From an uncultured bacterium (GTDB taxonomy: Bacteria > Oederibacteriota > JAAXVQ01), in the NCBI GenBank assembly GCA_964604705.1, contig CAZSAP010000015.1, forward strand, positions 1,124-65,123: DNA of 64,000 bases, given 5' to 3'. The notes beneath the pieces are model-generated. The model was given only the letters and a program-made list of their open reading frames with translations. It made no database searches and was not told where the DNA came from. This document shows positions 29,117 through 39,357 of the stretch, in pieces. Numbering within the stretch: position 1 is the first letter of the stretch; each line of letters begins with the position of its first letter. A program made the position numbers and the translations under genes.

Positions 29117-29955
29117 GAGCTCTTTTCCTCCTTTACCAAGGTTTGACCCAAGAACAATCTAATCGCGTTCTCGATTTTTTCCATATCGACCCATGTATTC
29201 TGACAAGGTCCTTCGGGCCGGCGGTTGGAAAACGCCAACACCGGCACGCGACCTTTGACATCCTTCACCCCTGCAATCAAATCCCGTTCACAGGCCACGG
29301 CAATGACCCCTTGCGGACGCAATCTGCCAATCGCCCGCCGCGCCTCGGTTCCACCCGTAACGGTCATTTGGGTAAATCCATAGCGCCCCTTCAACTCCGC
29401 CAAGGCTTGAAAAACAGCTCGGCTGAGACAGCGCGGAACCAAGATCAAAAGACGTTCGGGCTGAGAGACCACCGGAGGCAGAACCTCCAAGCGATTGTGC
29501 ACCAACATAAACGCATGAAAGACACGATCTCGGCTCAATCCTAGCCACGAGCCCACCATGACGGCCGGAGCGGCCATCCAAGCAATGCCGCCTAAACGTC
29601 GCACCCACAAACGTAACTGCGATGCGCTGGTGAGATGCGCCAAAAGCATAAACGTGTACCATACCACCAAATAGACAGTCCAGAGTCCGACCAGCAAAGC
29701 CGTGAGAAACGCCACGCCCAAGGCAGCCAGGCGAGGGTACACCAACCACCCCACCAAAAGCCCGAGACCCCACAACATAACCGTTACACAGCCGGCCAAC
29801 ATGACAAAAAACCAGGCCGGTGCCGAAGAATCCCCTGTATCTACTTGTCCATCCCAGTCTTCCCACTCATCACCCAGCTTACGATCGGCTGAGCGTGCAG
29901 GCTCCACCGGGGGGCGTTCCTGCTCTGTCACGGGAATTCCTCCTGATCGGTTCAA
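29113..29955 (-). CDS. DUF116-family membrane protein
   Basis: N-terminal TM helices plus a C-terminal LLILVPRCLSRA...VIAVACERDL...NRRPEGPC pattern characteristic of DUF116. It overlaps the ferredoxin start by 4 nt. Confidence 0.55.
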   Translation of the reverse strand: MNRSGGIPVTEQERPPVEPARSADRKLGDEWEDWDGQVDTGDSSAPAWFFVMLAGCVTVMLWGLGLLVGWLVYPRLAALGVAFLTALLVGLWTVYLVVWYTFMLLAHLTSASQLRLWVRRLGGIAWMAAPAVMVGSWLGLSRDRVFHAFMLVHNRLEVLPPVVSQPERLLILVPRCLSRAVFQALAELKGRYGFTQMTVTGGTEARRAIGRLRPQGVIAVACERDLIAGVKDVKGRVPVLAFSNRRPEGPCQNTWVDMEKIENAIRLFLGQTLVKEEKSS

Positions 29956-30068
29956 TAACGTCTCCCCGCGTCTTGCTTAGACCATATACACACCGGCGGC
30001 GAACGCAGTAAAAAACGGCCCTAGTATAAATCCGCAGCGTACGCGCGTCAAGGCAAAGCACAAAAACT

Positions 30069-30199
30069 TATTGTCCTCTGGCAGAAGCCGATCGAGCTTA
30101 TTTTTTCAAGCTCAAACCACCCCCGACACAATTATTCATGCTTCGTGTCCGGGGTGACCCGTGATCGCTTGGAAAAATAAGCTCGATCGGCTTCTGCCA
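30069..30199. repeat. Long inverted-repeat element: 27/28-bp arms flanking a 76-bp structured core
   Basis: TGGCAGAAGCCGATCGAGCTTATTTTTT ... AAAAATAAGCTCGATCGGCTTCTGCCA. The core contains its own imperfect hairpin CCCCCGACAC/GTGTCCGGGG. Confidence 0.8.
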
Positions 30200-30213
30200 A
30201 CAGGGAGATCCAC

Positions 30214-30843
30214 CTATCCCCTCGCCCAAAGCAACACCGCGCCTTGCAGCATAAACCAGGCGCCAATCAACATGGCCGCGATCCGGGCCCCCATGCGCAG
30301 GGCTTCTACCTTGGCTAAAACGCCGAGTCCGCCCAAGGGCAGAAGGATGATGGAGGTGCCACAGAAAAAACCCACAAACACGGCCAACGCCCCGCCGATG
30401 CCACCGGCGCGCACGGCTTCAAACAAGGCCGCCACAAACGGCGGACAAATGTTTAACCCGGTCACAATACCCAGCCACAAAGGCGTGCGTTGGGTACCGG
30501 CGCGCGACTCGGCCCATTGGCATAAGGTCCAATGCGGAAAACTTTTCACAAGGCCGTAGGCCAGCAACAACAGACCAACGCCGAAAAACCCGAAGCCTTC
30601 CAACCACCGGGTATGCACGGCGGAGGAAAACCAGGCTTGCCCGATCCACCCCGCAACCAGCCCTATAACGGCATACCCCAGCAAACGCCCGAATAAAAAA
30701 CGGCCTAGATTCCAAAAATGAATTTTTATCGCGTGTTCTTCCGAACTAAAATAAGGGACCAGCAGAGGGAAACATACACCGAAACAAGTAGGAGAGAGCG
30801 TTAGTCCCAACAGGAAACCTTGGACCCAGCTCGCGGAACTCAC
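30214..30843 (-). CDS. Integral membrane protein (6 predicted TM; CcdA/DsbD-like or TauE-like transporter fold, unassigned)
   Basis: Hydrophobic 209-aa ORF with conserved-looking NICPPF and Cys residues within TM segments. Confidence 0.5.
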   Translation of the reverse strand: MSSASWVQGFLLGLTLSPTCFGVCFPLLVPYFSSEEHAIKIHFWNLGRFLFGRLLGYAVIGLVAGWIGQAWFSSAVHTRWLEGFGFFGVGLLLLAYGLVKSFPHWTLCQWAESRAGTQRTPLWLGIVTGLNICPPFVAALFEAVRAGGIGGALAVFVGFFCGTSIILLPLGGLGVLAKVEALRMGARIAAMLIGAWFMLQGAVLLWARG

Positions 30844-30848
30844 CGTAC

Positions 30849-31235
30849 TTAACGCAGGCCTTGATGCAGCAACTGCGTCCAGATCCAGAGCTTACCTTCT
30901 TTATCTTGGTTGAACTGGACAAATTTTTCCATGGCTGGGGCAAATTTCGAATGCTGGCGGAACGCATAGACCGGCTGGGCATCCTCACCCCATTTTTCCA
31001 GAATCTCGTTCTTCACCAAGGCATCCAGAGATTCTTGAATGTCTTCTTTCCGTCGTCCCAAGCGCGTGGCAATGCCCGCCGCCCGGTCGGTAATCCCCGG
31101 ATTGTTCCACAGGAACATCACCAATTCCCAGGTGGTGAGGGAATGAATGACATTTTGGATGAATTCCAATACGTCTTTATCCGGCTTCAACGACGCCTCC
31201 CAAAAATAAAACCGTGCCGAGAAACGCTTGCACAT
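30849..31235 (-). CDS. Hypothetical small protein (possible winged-helix)
   Basis: 128-aa ORF contiguous with the downstream membrane-protein gene. No motif recognised. Confidence 0.35.
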   Translation of the reverse strand: MCKRFSARFYFWEASLKPDKDVLEFIQNVIHSLTTWELVMFLWNNPGITDRAAGIATRLGRRKEDIQESLDALVKNEILEKWGEDAQPVYAFRQHSKFAPAMEKFVQFNQDKEGKLWIWTQLLHQGLR

Positions 31236-31346
31236 GACCGACTCGGCCCGAACACAGTCAATGACTACGATGACGGGAGTATAACACAGTTAAATTTTTG
31301 GGCCAAGCGCAAAGTCCGTAGGAACACCCAAGGCCCAAATCAGGCA

Positions 31347-34232
31347 TCATTTGCACGGAGAGTGTCCGGCCAACACCTTGGCCAAATAATACCCTGTATA
31401 CGATTCCTTTTCCCGCGCCACATCCTCGGGCCGGCCAAAGGCCACAATACGACCGCCCCGGTCTCCCCCTTCGGGTCCCAAGTCCAGAACATAGTCCGCG
31501 GCTTTGATAACATCCAGATTGTGCTCCACCACCACCACACTGTTGCCGGCATCGGCCAGACGCCCCAAAACATCCAACAGACGCTGAACATCGGCAAAAT
31601 GCAGACCCGTCGTGGGCTCGTCCAAAATGTACAGGGTCCGACCGGTGGCGCGCTTGCCCAATTCCGTGGAAAGCTTCAGGCGTTGCGCCTCACCGCCGGA
31701 CAAGGTGGTCGCCGACTGACCCAGTTTTATATACCCCAGGCCCACGTCCGAGATCGTGTCCAGCACCCGTTTGAGCTTGGGTACCGGAGCAAAAAATTCG
31801 CGGGCCTCATCCACGATCATATTCAACACGTCGGCGATGGTCTTGCCCTTGTAATGAACTTCCAGAGTCTCACGGTTGTAGCGCTGTCCTTTGCACACTT
31901 CGCATTGCACATAGACATCCGGTAAAAAGTGCATCTCTATTTTAATAATCCCATCTCCGTCGCAGGCCTCGCACCGCCCCCCCTTCACATTGAAGGAAAA
32001 CCGTCCGGACTTATACCCGCGCACCTTGGCTTCCGGTGTGCTGGCAAACAAATCGCGAATCTCGTTGAACAGACCGGTGTACGTCGCGGGATTGGAACGA
32101 GGGGTTCGCCCTATGGGGGACTGATCAATGTTAATAATCTTATCCAAGTGTTCCGTCCCCGAGATTGACTCATATCCCCCGGGTTTGATCCGGCTGTGGT
32201 AGACGTGGTGGCGCACCGCCGGTTCCAGCGTCTCTTGAATCAGCGAACTCTTCCCTGAGCCCGACACTCCGGTCACGCAGACAAAGGTGGCCAAGGGAAT
32301 CGTGACCGTAACGTTTTTCAAATTGTTGGTCATGGCCCCGCGCAAAACCAACTCAGGCCCTTTGCCTTCACGACGCTGCGCAGGAATCGGAACACTCAGG
32401 GTCCCATTTAAATATTGCCCGGTCAAGGACTTGGGATCGTCGATCACATGCTCCGGGGTCCCGGCCGAGACCACATACCCGCCCAGGACTCCGGCCCCCG
32501 GTCCAATGTCAATCAGGTAGTCCGACTGACGCATGGTCTCCTCGTCGTGTTCCACCACCACCACGGTGTTCCCCAAGTCACGCAGGCGCTTGAGTGTATC
32601 CAGGAGGCGCTGGTTGTCGCGCTGGTGCAACCCGATCGACGGTTCATCCAAAATGTACAGCACCCCCACCAGCGACGACCCAATCTGCGTGGCCAAATGG
32701 ATGCGCTGCGCTTCGCCGCCCGAGAGCGAACCCGTGGCCCGATCCAAGGTGAGGTACTCCAACCCCACATTGGCCAGAAACGAAAGGCGCTCCCGGATCT
32801 CTTTGGTGATCTGATGCGCAATGGTCGCCTCCCGCTCGGTCAATTTCAGGGATTGGAAAAAATCCCGAGCCTTGGCCACGGAGAGTTCCGTCACCTCAAT
32901 CACATTTTTACCCGCAATGGTCACCGCCAGGCTTTCAGGCTTTAGGCGCCGTCCTTTGCACGCGTGGCACACGCAGACCCGCATGAACCGGCTGCTGATG
33001 TCGTCGCGAATGTAATCCGATTCGGTTTCCTGGAAAATGCGCGTGGTTCGCGGAATGACACCCTCAAAGGTACCGTTGTAACTGTACGAGGACTCGGGTC
33101 CGCGAAAGTTAAAGGCCAAACGTGTCTCCCCAGACCCGTACAGCACAACTTTGCGATGTTCGGCTTTAAGTTTCTTCCAGGGCATGTCCATGGAAAAGCC
33201 AAAATGCTTGGCCACCGTGGTTAGCATGGATTTGTAGATATGGGCCGTGGTGGAGTTCCAGGGCAGAACCGCACCGTCGCTTAAACTTACCTCGGGATCA
33301 ATCACCAACTCCGGATCCACTTCCATTTTTTGACCCAAGCCTGTGCAGGCCGTGCAGGCCCCTTGGGGCGAGTTGAAGGAAAACATGCGCGGTTCCAATT
33401 CTTCGAAGGAGAGCCCGCAATCCGCGCAGGCATAGTTGGCGGAAAACAACAGCGTGGTCTCGTCCCGTCCGGCCCGGGTATGGCTCTTTTTCTCCCCACT
33501 CCCGGTTTTTACCTCCATGCGCTGCACCAACACCGTGCCCTCGCCGCGCTTCAAGGCGGTCTCCAGCGAGTCCGCCAGGCGCCGCGCCATTTCCGTACCC
33601 ACCACCAAACGATCGACCACCACTTCCACATCGTGCTTCTTTTTCTTATCCACATCTATTTTTTCCGAAAGGTCCATGACCACGCCATCCACCCGCACCC
33701 GGACATACCCTTCCCGCTTCAATTGTTCGAACATCTTCTTGTATTCACCCTTGCGTCCGGTCACCACCGGCGCCAAGAGCATGATTTTCTCCCCATTTGG
33801 GAGTTGCATGACCTGATCGACGATTTCCTGAACCGTTTGTCGTTGAATGGGTTTTCCACATTTCGGGCAATGCGGGCGCCCGATACGGGCAAAAAGCAGA
33901 CGCAAATGATCGTAAATTTCCGTGACCGTGGCCACGGTGGAGCGGGGATTTTTTGAACCGGCTTTCTGTTCAATGGCAATGGCCGGAGAGAGGCCTTCAA
34001 TCAAATCCACGTCCGGTTTCTCCATTTGCCCCAAGAATTGGCGGGCGTACGCCGAGAGCGACTCTACGTAGCGGCGCTGGCCTTCGGCATAAATGGTATC
34101 AAATGCCAGAGACGACTTGCCGGAACCGGATAGTCCGGTGATGACCACCAGCTTGTTCCGCGGGATCACCACATCAATATTTTTCAGATTGTGCTCGCGT
34201 GCACCTTTGACAACGATGTTTTCCAAAGCCAT
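31347..34232 (-). CDS. uvrA: Excinuclease ABC subunit A
   Basis: Two ABC modules ([37 protein letters not shown]; [12 protein letters not shown]) and zinc-finger Cys clusters. Start placed at [19 protein letters not shown] (34232). Confidence 0.95.
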   Translation of the reverse strand: MALENIVVKGAREHNLKNIDVVIPRNKLVVITGLSGSGKSSLAFDTIYAEGQRRYVESLSAYARQFLGQMEKPDVDLIEGLSPAIAIEQKAGSKNPRSTVATVTEIYDHLRLLFARIGRPHCPKCGKPIQRQTVQEIVDQVMQLPNGEKIMLLAPVVTGRKGEYKKMFEQLKREGYVRVRVDGVVMDLSEKIDVDKKKKHDVEVVVDRLVVGTEMARRLADSLETALKRGEGTVLVQRMEVKTGSGEKKSHTRAGRDETTLLFSANYACADCGLSFEELEPRMFSFNSPQGACTACTGLGQKMEVDPELVIDPEVSLSDGAVLPWNSTTAHIYKSMLTTVAKHFGFSMDMPWKKLKAEHRKVVLYGSGETRLAFNFRGPESSYSYNGTFEGVIPRTTRIFQETESDYIRDDISSRFMRVCVCHACKGRRLKPESLAVTIAGKNVIEVTELSVAKARDFFQSLKLTEREATIAHQITKEIRERLSFLANVGLEYLTLDRATGSLSGGEAQRIHLATQIGSSLVGVLYILDEPSIGLHQRDNQRLLDTLKRLRDLGNTVVVVEHDEETMRQSDYLIDIGPGAGVLGGYVVSAGTPEHVIDDPKSLTGQYLNGTLSVPIPAQRREGKGPELVLRGAMTNNLKNVTVTIPLATFVCVTGVSGSGKSSLIQETLEPAVRHHVYHSRIKPGGYESISGTEHLDKIINIDQSPIGRTPRSNPATYTGLFNEIRDLFASTPEAKVRGYKSGRFSFNVKGGRCEACDGDGIIKIEMHFLPDVYVQCEVCKGQRYNRETLEVHYKGKTIADVLNMIVDEAREFFAPVPKLKRVLDTISDVGLGYIKLGQSATTLSGGEAQRLKLSTELGKRATGRTLYILDEPTTGLHFADVQRLLDVLGRLADAGNSVVVVEHNLDVIKAADYVLDLGPEGGDRGGRIVAFGRPEDVAREKESYTGYYLAKVLAGHSPCK

Positions 34233-34384
34233 GTCGGATGTCCTTTTATGAAAGAATGAATCCACGTAGCATAGCACATCCTGCCCATGGATTGTCAAGG
34301 GGGGGCAATCTGGGTGGGGTGCCTTGTGCCACGCGACCCAAGCCACCCCACGTCGACGGTTCTATGAAACCCTGTGAGAAAAAA

Positions 34385-34735
34385 CTATTTGCGTTTTAAG
34401 GTTTGCAGCTTGTTCTCGCCCATGTGCCGGGCAAAGGCCTCGTACCCTTGGGCTTGGATCATTTTCAAACACCCTTTGCGGTCCGATCGAAAAATCAGGC
34501 CAAACAGCTTCGAGATCAGGTTGTCGTAGGATTTGCAGGTTTCCACGTTGGGATGCGCTTGGCAATCGGCACAGCTGCGGTAGTGGTGTTCCTGGCAGCA
34601 GGCGCGCGGACGGCACCAGGTGGCCTTGCTGTTTTGTTTGCACCCCGGACAGGTCTCGTTCAGGTATTTCGGGCAGGCTCCGCAATACAGTCCGCATGCG
34701 GCAATCAGGTTTACATCCATTGTTATGGTTTTCAT
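34385..34735 (-). CDS. DUF3795-like cysteine-rich small protein
   Basis: IAACGLYCGACPKYLNETCPGCK...CADCQ, the Cys pattern typical of DUF3795. Confidence 0.55.
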   Translation of the reverse strand: MKTITMDVNLIAACGLYCGACPKYLNETCPGCKQNSKATWCRPRACCQEHHYRSCADCQAHPNVETCKSYDNLISKLFGLIFRSDRKGCLKMIQAQGYEAFARHMGENKLQTLKRK

Positions 34736-34809
34736 GCCATCCCCCTTCGATCGTTTTCCAGAGTCTAGCGTAGGGGTGTGACAACCGTATGTCAGGGTTG
34801 AAAAATAAA

Positions 34810-35976
34810 TTAGGCCCAGCGAGCCGGACCTGAGGCCAGGCGCACTTGATACTGTCGCACGTAGCGCTTATCGATAAAATGTTTTAGCCAAACCGCCCAG
34901 CGCCCGTTTAAAACCGTGGACCCTTTGATCCAAAGCGCATCGTTGGGGCCCAAGGATACAATCTGCAAGGGTGTCTGGGTATGGGTTACCTGCTTGAGTT
35001 TCCCGCCTTGCAGCACCGCCAGCAAATTATGCAACAAGACCGGGCCTTGTGCGACAGCATGCACGCCCAAACGCATGAGTCCCAAGCCCATCACTCGGGC
35101 ACAGTCGCCGGTGGCAAAAAACTCCGGATGCTCATGCGATCGCAAGGTGCGCTCCACGACCAAAGCGCCGCCTTCGTCGGTAAAGAGCATGGCTTTCTCC
35201 AGTAGTTCCGGAACCCGCACACCCATGGTCACGACCGCCAGATCAAAATCCATGGTCTCACCGCGGTCGAGCACCACCCGTCCGGACTGAACGTGTTGAA
35301 TGACCGCTTGGGTGCGTACCTGGACGCCCAGCCGTACCAGCTTTCGATACGCCTGCTTCGACGCCGCCGCCGGAAAGCCCGAGAGCACGCGCCCTTTGGA
35401 TTCCAGCAGAGTCACCTTTACGCCGGCCGGATGGGTGCGTTGTTTCAACAGCGACGCTAAGTTCAAGGCCGTCTCGACCCCCGCCGCACCTCCGCCCAAA
35501 ATAACAAAGGATAGCGTTTTCTCGGTTTCCAATTCCAGGAGGGTTTCCACTTCGTTGCGCAGCTCAATGATGTTGCGCACCGGTTGCAAAGGAAAGCTGC
35601 CATCCACGGGCACATCGCCCTCGCGTTCCAAGGGGATCGAACCAATGGCAAAGGAAGCCCAGTTGTAATCCAAGGTACGCCCGGCGGCCGTGATCAAGCG
35701 CTTATGTTCAGGCAAAATGGAGGTCACTTCATCCACGCAAAATTCCACACCGTTTTTTTCCGTGAGCGTCCGCAAGTCAACCCGAAAATCCTTAACCCCG
35801 TAATACCCGCTCAACACTTCGGTGGCCATGCCCGAGTAGTACCAATAGATATCCGGCGCGACCAATGTAATCTTGGCCCCTGCGCGTATCAATGTCTGGG
35901 CATGTCGGATCACATGCAAATGCGCATGCCCGGCCCCTACCAACACAATATGCTTGCCTGTGGCTACCGACATCAT
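34810..35976 (-). CDS. FAD-dependent pyridine nucleotide-disulfide oxidoreductase (NDH-2/SQR-like)
   Basis: N-terminal KHIVLVGAGHAHL dinucleotide-binding motif and a second Rossmann motif ILGGGAAGVE. Confidence 0.7.
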   Translation of the reverse strand: MMSVATGKHIVLVGAGHAHLHVIRHAQTLIRAGAKITLVAPDIYWYYSGMATEVLSGYYGVKDFRVDLRTLTEKNGVEFCVDEVTSILPEHKRLITAAGRTLDYNWASFAIGSIPLEREGDVPVDGSFPLQPVRNIIELRNEVETLLELETEKTLSFVILGGGAAGVETALNLASLLKQRTHPAGVKVTLLESKGRVLSGFPAAASKQAYRKLVRLGVQVRTQAVIQHVQSGRVVLDRGETMDFDLAVVTMGVRVPELLEKAMLFTDEGGALVVERTLRSHEHPEFFATGDCARVMGLGLMRLGVHAVAQGPVLLHNLLAVLQGGKLKQVTHTQTPLQIVSLGPNDALWIKGSTVLNGRWAVWLKHFIDKRYVRQYQVRLASGPARWA

Positions 35977-37097
35977 GACTCCTGGTGATTCTTGGTTTGC
36001 AACTTAATCCGTCCGCCGCCCAACAAGCGGTCCCCAGCATAAAACGCGGTGATCTGCCCGGGTGTAATGGCCCGCACCGGTGTGGAAAAACGCACGCAGG
36101 CTTCTCCGCCGGGCAACACGTCCACCTGTGCCGGAACCGGCGTCTGCCGGTACCGAATCTGCGCCTGTACCCCCAACGACCCGGTGGGTTCGGGAATAAG
36201 CCAATTGACCTCATTCAGATGGACCTCGCTGGCCCACAAGGCCTCGTCCCAACCGGCGATCACACGGTTAGTCTCGGCATCCAACCGCACCACGTAAAGG
36301 GGTTTCGCGGCCGCCACCCCCATGCCCTTGCGCTGACCAATGGTGTACGCCGGAAGTCCCTGATGCGTTCCCAACACCCGACCGTGCTCGTCCACAATCT
36401 CTCCGGGCACAAACGCGTGCGGATTCCGCAATTTTAAAAACGCGGTGTACTCAATGTCCCGCAAAAAACAGATCTCGTTGCTGGTCACCGGCGGGTGCAC
36501 ATGCACCCCGGCTGCGTCCACCTCCGCCTTGTTGTCCACTTTAAAACTGTCACCCAAGGGGAACCAAACGTGTTTGAATTGTTGCACCGGCACCAAGGAT
36601 AAAAAATACGATTGATCCCGCGCCGGGTCTATGGCCCGGCGCAAAACCGGGAGGCCCGCTTCCTCAGACAGCCTTAGGTAATGTCCGGTGGCATACACCT
36701 CCGCTCCCAGATCCAAGGCCCGCTGCCGCATGCGCCCAAACTTCATGGCCCGGTTGCAAAACGCGCAGGGATTGGGTGTCCGCCCCGAAGAAAAATCACC
36801 CACAAACGGCTCAATCACCTCGGTTTCAAACGCCTCCCGCCAATCAATCAGTTCCAGTGGAATGCCCAGTTCGCGGGCCACGGACGTAGCGTCCACGCAG
36901 GCGCAAGGCGCCTCGCAGTGGGCGCAACCGTGCCCAGGCAGACCCGGGCGTAAGGTTTTGGGTTTGGGGGTAGAAAGCTCCGAAAGATCCGGACAAATTT
37001 GCATGGTGATGCCAAACACATCGTGCCCAGCCTTTTTTAGACGCAAGGCCACGGCGGTTGAATCCACGCCTCCGGATAAAGCCACAGCAATTTTCAT
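35973..37097 (-). CDS. mnmA: tRNA-specific 2-thiouridylase
   Basis: MKIAVALSGGVDSTAVALRLKKAGHDVFGITMQ PP-loop, with the MnmA catalytic and C-terminal domains. Confidence 0.9.
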   Translation of the reverse strand: MKIAVALSGGVDSTAVALRLKKAGHDVFGITMQICPDLSELSTPKPKTLRPGLPGHGCAHCEAPCACVDATSVARELGIPLELIDWREAFETEVIEPFVGDFSSGRTPNPCAFCNRAMKFGRMRQRALDLGAEVYATGHYLRLSEEAGLPVLRRAIDPARDQSYFLSLVPVQQFKHVWFPLGDSFKVDNKAEVDAAGVHVHPPVTSNEICFLRDIEYTAFLKLRNPHAFVPGEIVDEHGRVLGTHQGLPAYTIGQRKGMGVAAAKPLYVVRLDAETNRVIAGWDEALWASEVHLNEVNWLIPEPTGSLGVQAQIRYRQTPVPAQVDVLPGGEACVRFSTPVRAITPGQITAFYAGDRLLGGGRIKLQTKNHQES

Positions 37098-37272
37098 GAG
37101 ATCCCATCCAACGTTCTAAACAAATAGCAACCCGACAAACATTTTTCAGGCCACCTTTTTCCGCCGGGGGAATTATAGCGTAGACATCGGGCAAGGCAAG
37201 CAAAAATAAAAATAAATCACGACTATTTTAATGCGCGTTTGTCTTTTTCGGATCCGAGACCAGGCATCACAT

Positions 37273-38115
37273 TCAACGCCCGATCGGCCCCATGTCCAAC
37301 AACGTCATGCCGCAGCCTACCAAGGTTTCGTCTCGGTCCTCCAACTGTCCGGCTCGGGCATGCCCCCATTGCAGGGTCAGATGAACCATTTGCTGGAAGC
37401 GGACGGTCTCGGGGGACAACGCGTACCCGAGGAAAAACGTTCCATCCGTATCTCCGCGGTATTCCCCGCGACAGTGCAGATCCAACCCGGAAAACAACCG
37501 CCCCTGCTGAAACTCGATCCCGCCTTGTGCGCCGGTCTTGCCCTGCATCCATTCGGGATCGGCATGCACCATGACCCGGGGACCGGCGTAAACCGCCCAG
37601 GGACCCCACGCTTTCCGGTACAAAACCCGCACACTTTCTCGGCTGACGTTCACCGAAGGTACATCCTGTTTCCGCATATAATCGCCACCCACATGCGCCG
37701 AGTGGTGAAACCCAAAGACCTCCAACTCCCCACCGGCGCACTTTTTTCGCCAAGCGGCTCCACCCATGAAATCCGCGGTTTGCAAATCAAACGAGGCGGT
37801 GAGGAAATCAAAGCGCGTAAACATACCGGCCCGGCCTTCAACGGACCAGGACGCATCGGCCGATTTGAAAAAGCCCACATTCGATCCGAGCCCCATGCGG
37901 TACAGGCGTGCTCCGGACGGCGTGCCGGCAAAATCCGTGGTGAAGCGAGCGGCCCAGGGATCGGCCAAAGGCTCTGCACACCCCGGCACCGAATCCGTAA
38001 ACCAAACATCGCCGCTCCATCCCAGGGTGGTCAGCATCAGGAATATGCCAAGACCGATCAGCCCAGCGGACCCACATGGTCGCATACGCCTAACCCTCGT
38101 TTCGTTTAGATTCAC
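37273..38115 (-). CDS. Hypothetical secreted/outer-membrane protein (possibly DUF1207-like)
   Basis: Signal-peptide-like segment (likely start MRPCGSAGLIGLGIFLMLTTLGW). Gly/aromatic-rich. No enzyme motif recognised. Confidence 0.45.
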   Translation of the reverse strand: MNLNETRVRRMRPCGSAGLIGLGIFLMLTTLGWSGDVWFTDSVPGCAEPLADPWAARFTTDFAGTPSGARLYRMGLGSNVGFFKSADASWSVEGRAGMFTRFDFLTASFDLQTADFMGGAAWRKKCAGGELEVFGFHHSAHVGGDYMRKQDVPSVNVSRESVRVLYRKAWGPWAVYAGPRVMVHADPEWMQGKTGAQGGIEFQQGRLFSGLDLHCRGEYRGDTDGTFFLGYALSPETVRFQQMVHLTLQWGHARAGQLEDRDETLVGCGMTLLDMGPIGR

Positions 38116-38165
38116 ACCTTGGAATCCAGTCCAGGTACAACTATGCGTCCGCTTATTAACCAGTA

Positions 38166-38274
38166 TCCTCCCACTTGGATAAGAAAGCCTCAGAGGAAAT
38201 CCTTATCATCCGAGGATTTCCGATGCGGAGCGAAGCGCTCCGCTGTGAGCGCCTTTCGCATCCAAGTGGGAGGA
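38166..38274. repeat. REP/MITE-like repeat, copy 1 of 3
   Basis: Conserved core AAGCCTCAGAGGAAATCCTT.TCAT..GAGGATTTCCGATGCGGAGCGAA.C..TCCG..GTGAGCGCCTTTC, flanked by a 13-bp outer inverted repeat CTCCCACTTGGAT/ATCCAAGTGGGAG. Confidence 0.8.
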
Positions 38275-38305
38275 TCCACAACGGAGGGATTCGATTTTTC
38301 CTGAA

Positions 38306-38677
38306 TTATCGTGGGGCCAGGTCAAACACCGTGGTCAAGGCCACGGCGCCGTTGTTGATCAGTTCCCCACGCAACATAACGCGGTTGGGATCCGTTTGAA
38401 GTTTAAGGTGTACGGTGTAGTTGCAGGGGGGAAGCACCTGCGCCATGAACTTGGCGACTTTGACGCTTTTTACATAATACCCGGCCGCCGGTCCTTGTTG
38501 GGCGGCATGCCAGAGGCTCTGCAACATATACACCCCGGGCAGAAGCGGATAGTCCGGAAAGTGCCCGGCAAAGATCGGATGTTCGGCGGCGAAAACAAAC
38601 GTGCCTTCCGCCTCATTGGGGCCGAGGTGGCGCAAGGGACCCTGCCATGCCTGACGGACGTCTGAACAAATGTTCAT
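38306..38677 (-). CDS. FabZ/FabA-like hotdog-fold dehydratase
   Basis: HPIFAGHFPDYPLLPGV matches the HxxxxGHFP..P..PG dehydratase motif. Start placed at MNICS (38677), overlapping the upstream stop (ATGA). Confidence 0.65.
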   Translation of the reverse strand: MNICSDVRQAWQGPLRHLGPNEAEGTFVFAAEHPIFAGHFPDYPLLPGVYMLQSLWHAAQQGPAAGYYVKSVKVAKFMAQVLPPCNYTVHLKLQTDPNRVMLRGELINNGAVALTTVFDLAPR

Positions 38678-39294
38678 GGTGCTCCTTGAAAATCCAAATC
38701 CGCATCGGCCTGTTCGGCTACCGACGCATCGGCCAAGGTCAATTCCACGGAATCCGACTCGACCTGAAACAGCACGGAGGCGGGCGGTTGCCCGCTCACG
38801 CCGGCGGTCTGTTTTTGCCAACGTACGCGTTGGGAAGCGGCCTCACCCAAGAACATAACCCGGGCCACTTGTTCCAAGAGCAGAGCATCAATGTTTTCCG
38901 CCCCTTGGCGAAAGCGCGTTTGCGTCCGTCCCCCGGGAGTGGTTCGGATCACCAAATCGTACAAGGTGGCGCCAAACACATCAATGCCCACGGCCCGCAC
39001 CGCCCGTCCCTGACGCACAACCAGACGCACCAATTTCACCGGTCGATCGTACCCTACGGCCGGACGATTGGTGGTCCAGATGTAATCCGCGGAGAACTCA
39101 CTGGGTCCCGACCAAATCAATTCAGGTGAGGCAGGCACAACCGTGTGCGTGGTTGGGGACGTGGCGCACCCGGCAACCCCCATGCACAGCAACCACGACA
39201 TACCCATCCAACGCAAAAAAGCCACGCGGGAGAGACGAGCCCTAAACAACAAGCCAGCTTTACGGTTCGGAATCATGTTCAGACAACCACGCAT
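38674..39294 (-). CDS. Hypothetical lipoprotein
   Basis: Signal peptide with a lipobox-like LCMGVAGC. No other motif. Confidence 0.5.
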   Translation of the reverse strand: MRGCLNMIPNRKAGLLFRARLSRVAFLRWMGMSWLLCMGVAGCATSPTTHTVVPASPELIWSGPSEFSADYIWTTNRPAVGYDRPVKLVRLVVRQGRAVRAVGIDVFGATLYDLVIRTTPGGRTQTRFRQGAENIDALLLEQVARVMFLGEAASQRVRWQKQTAGVSGQPPASVLFQVESDSVELTLADASVAEQADADLDFQGAP

Positions 39295-39357
39295 TCAACA
39301 GAGCTTTCAGGGAAACCACAGGCCCCCTGATGCGGACGTTTCGTCCGCGCTTTCTTA

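Noticed and set aside
38175-38399. Small ORFs sharing the peptide KASEEIL.IRGFPMRSE.LRSERLS (38175-38399 and 61205-61393) that might be a conserved micro-protein
   Set aside because: The conservation is explained by the conserved DNA of the REP/MITE-like element (copies 1 and 3). The ORFs run out of the repeat into unrelated sequence, and copy 2 does not keep the frame.
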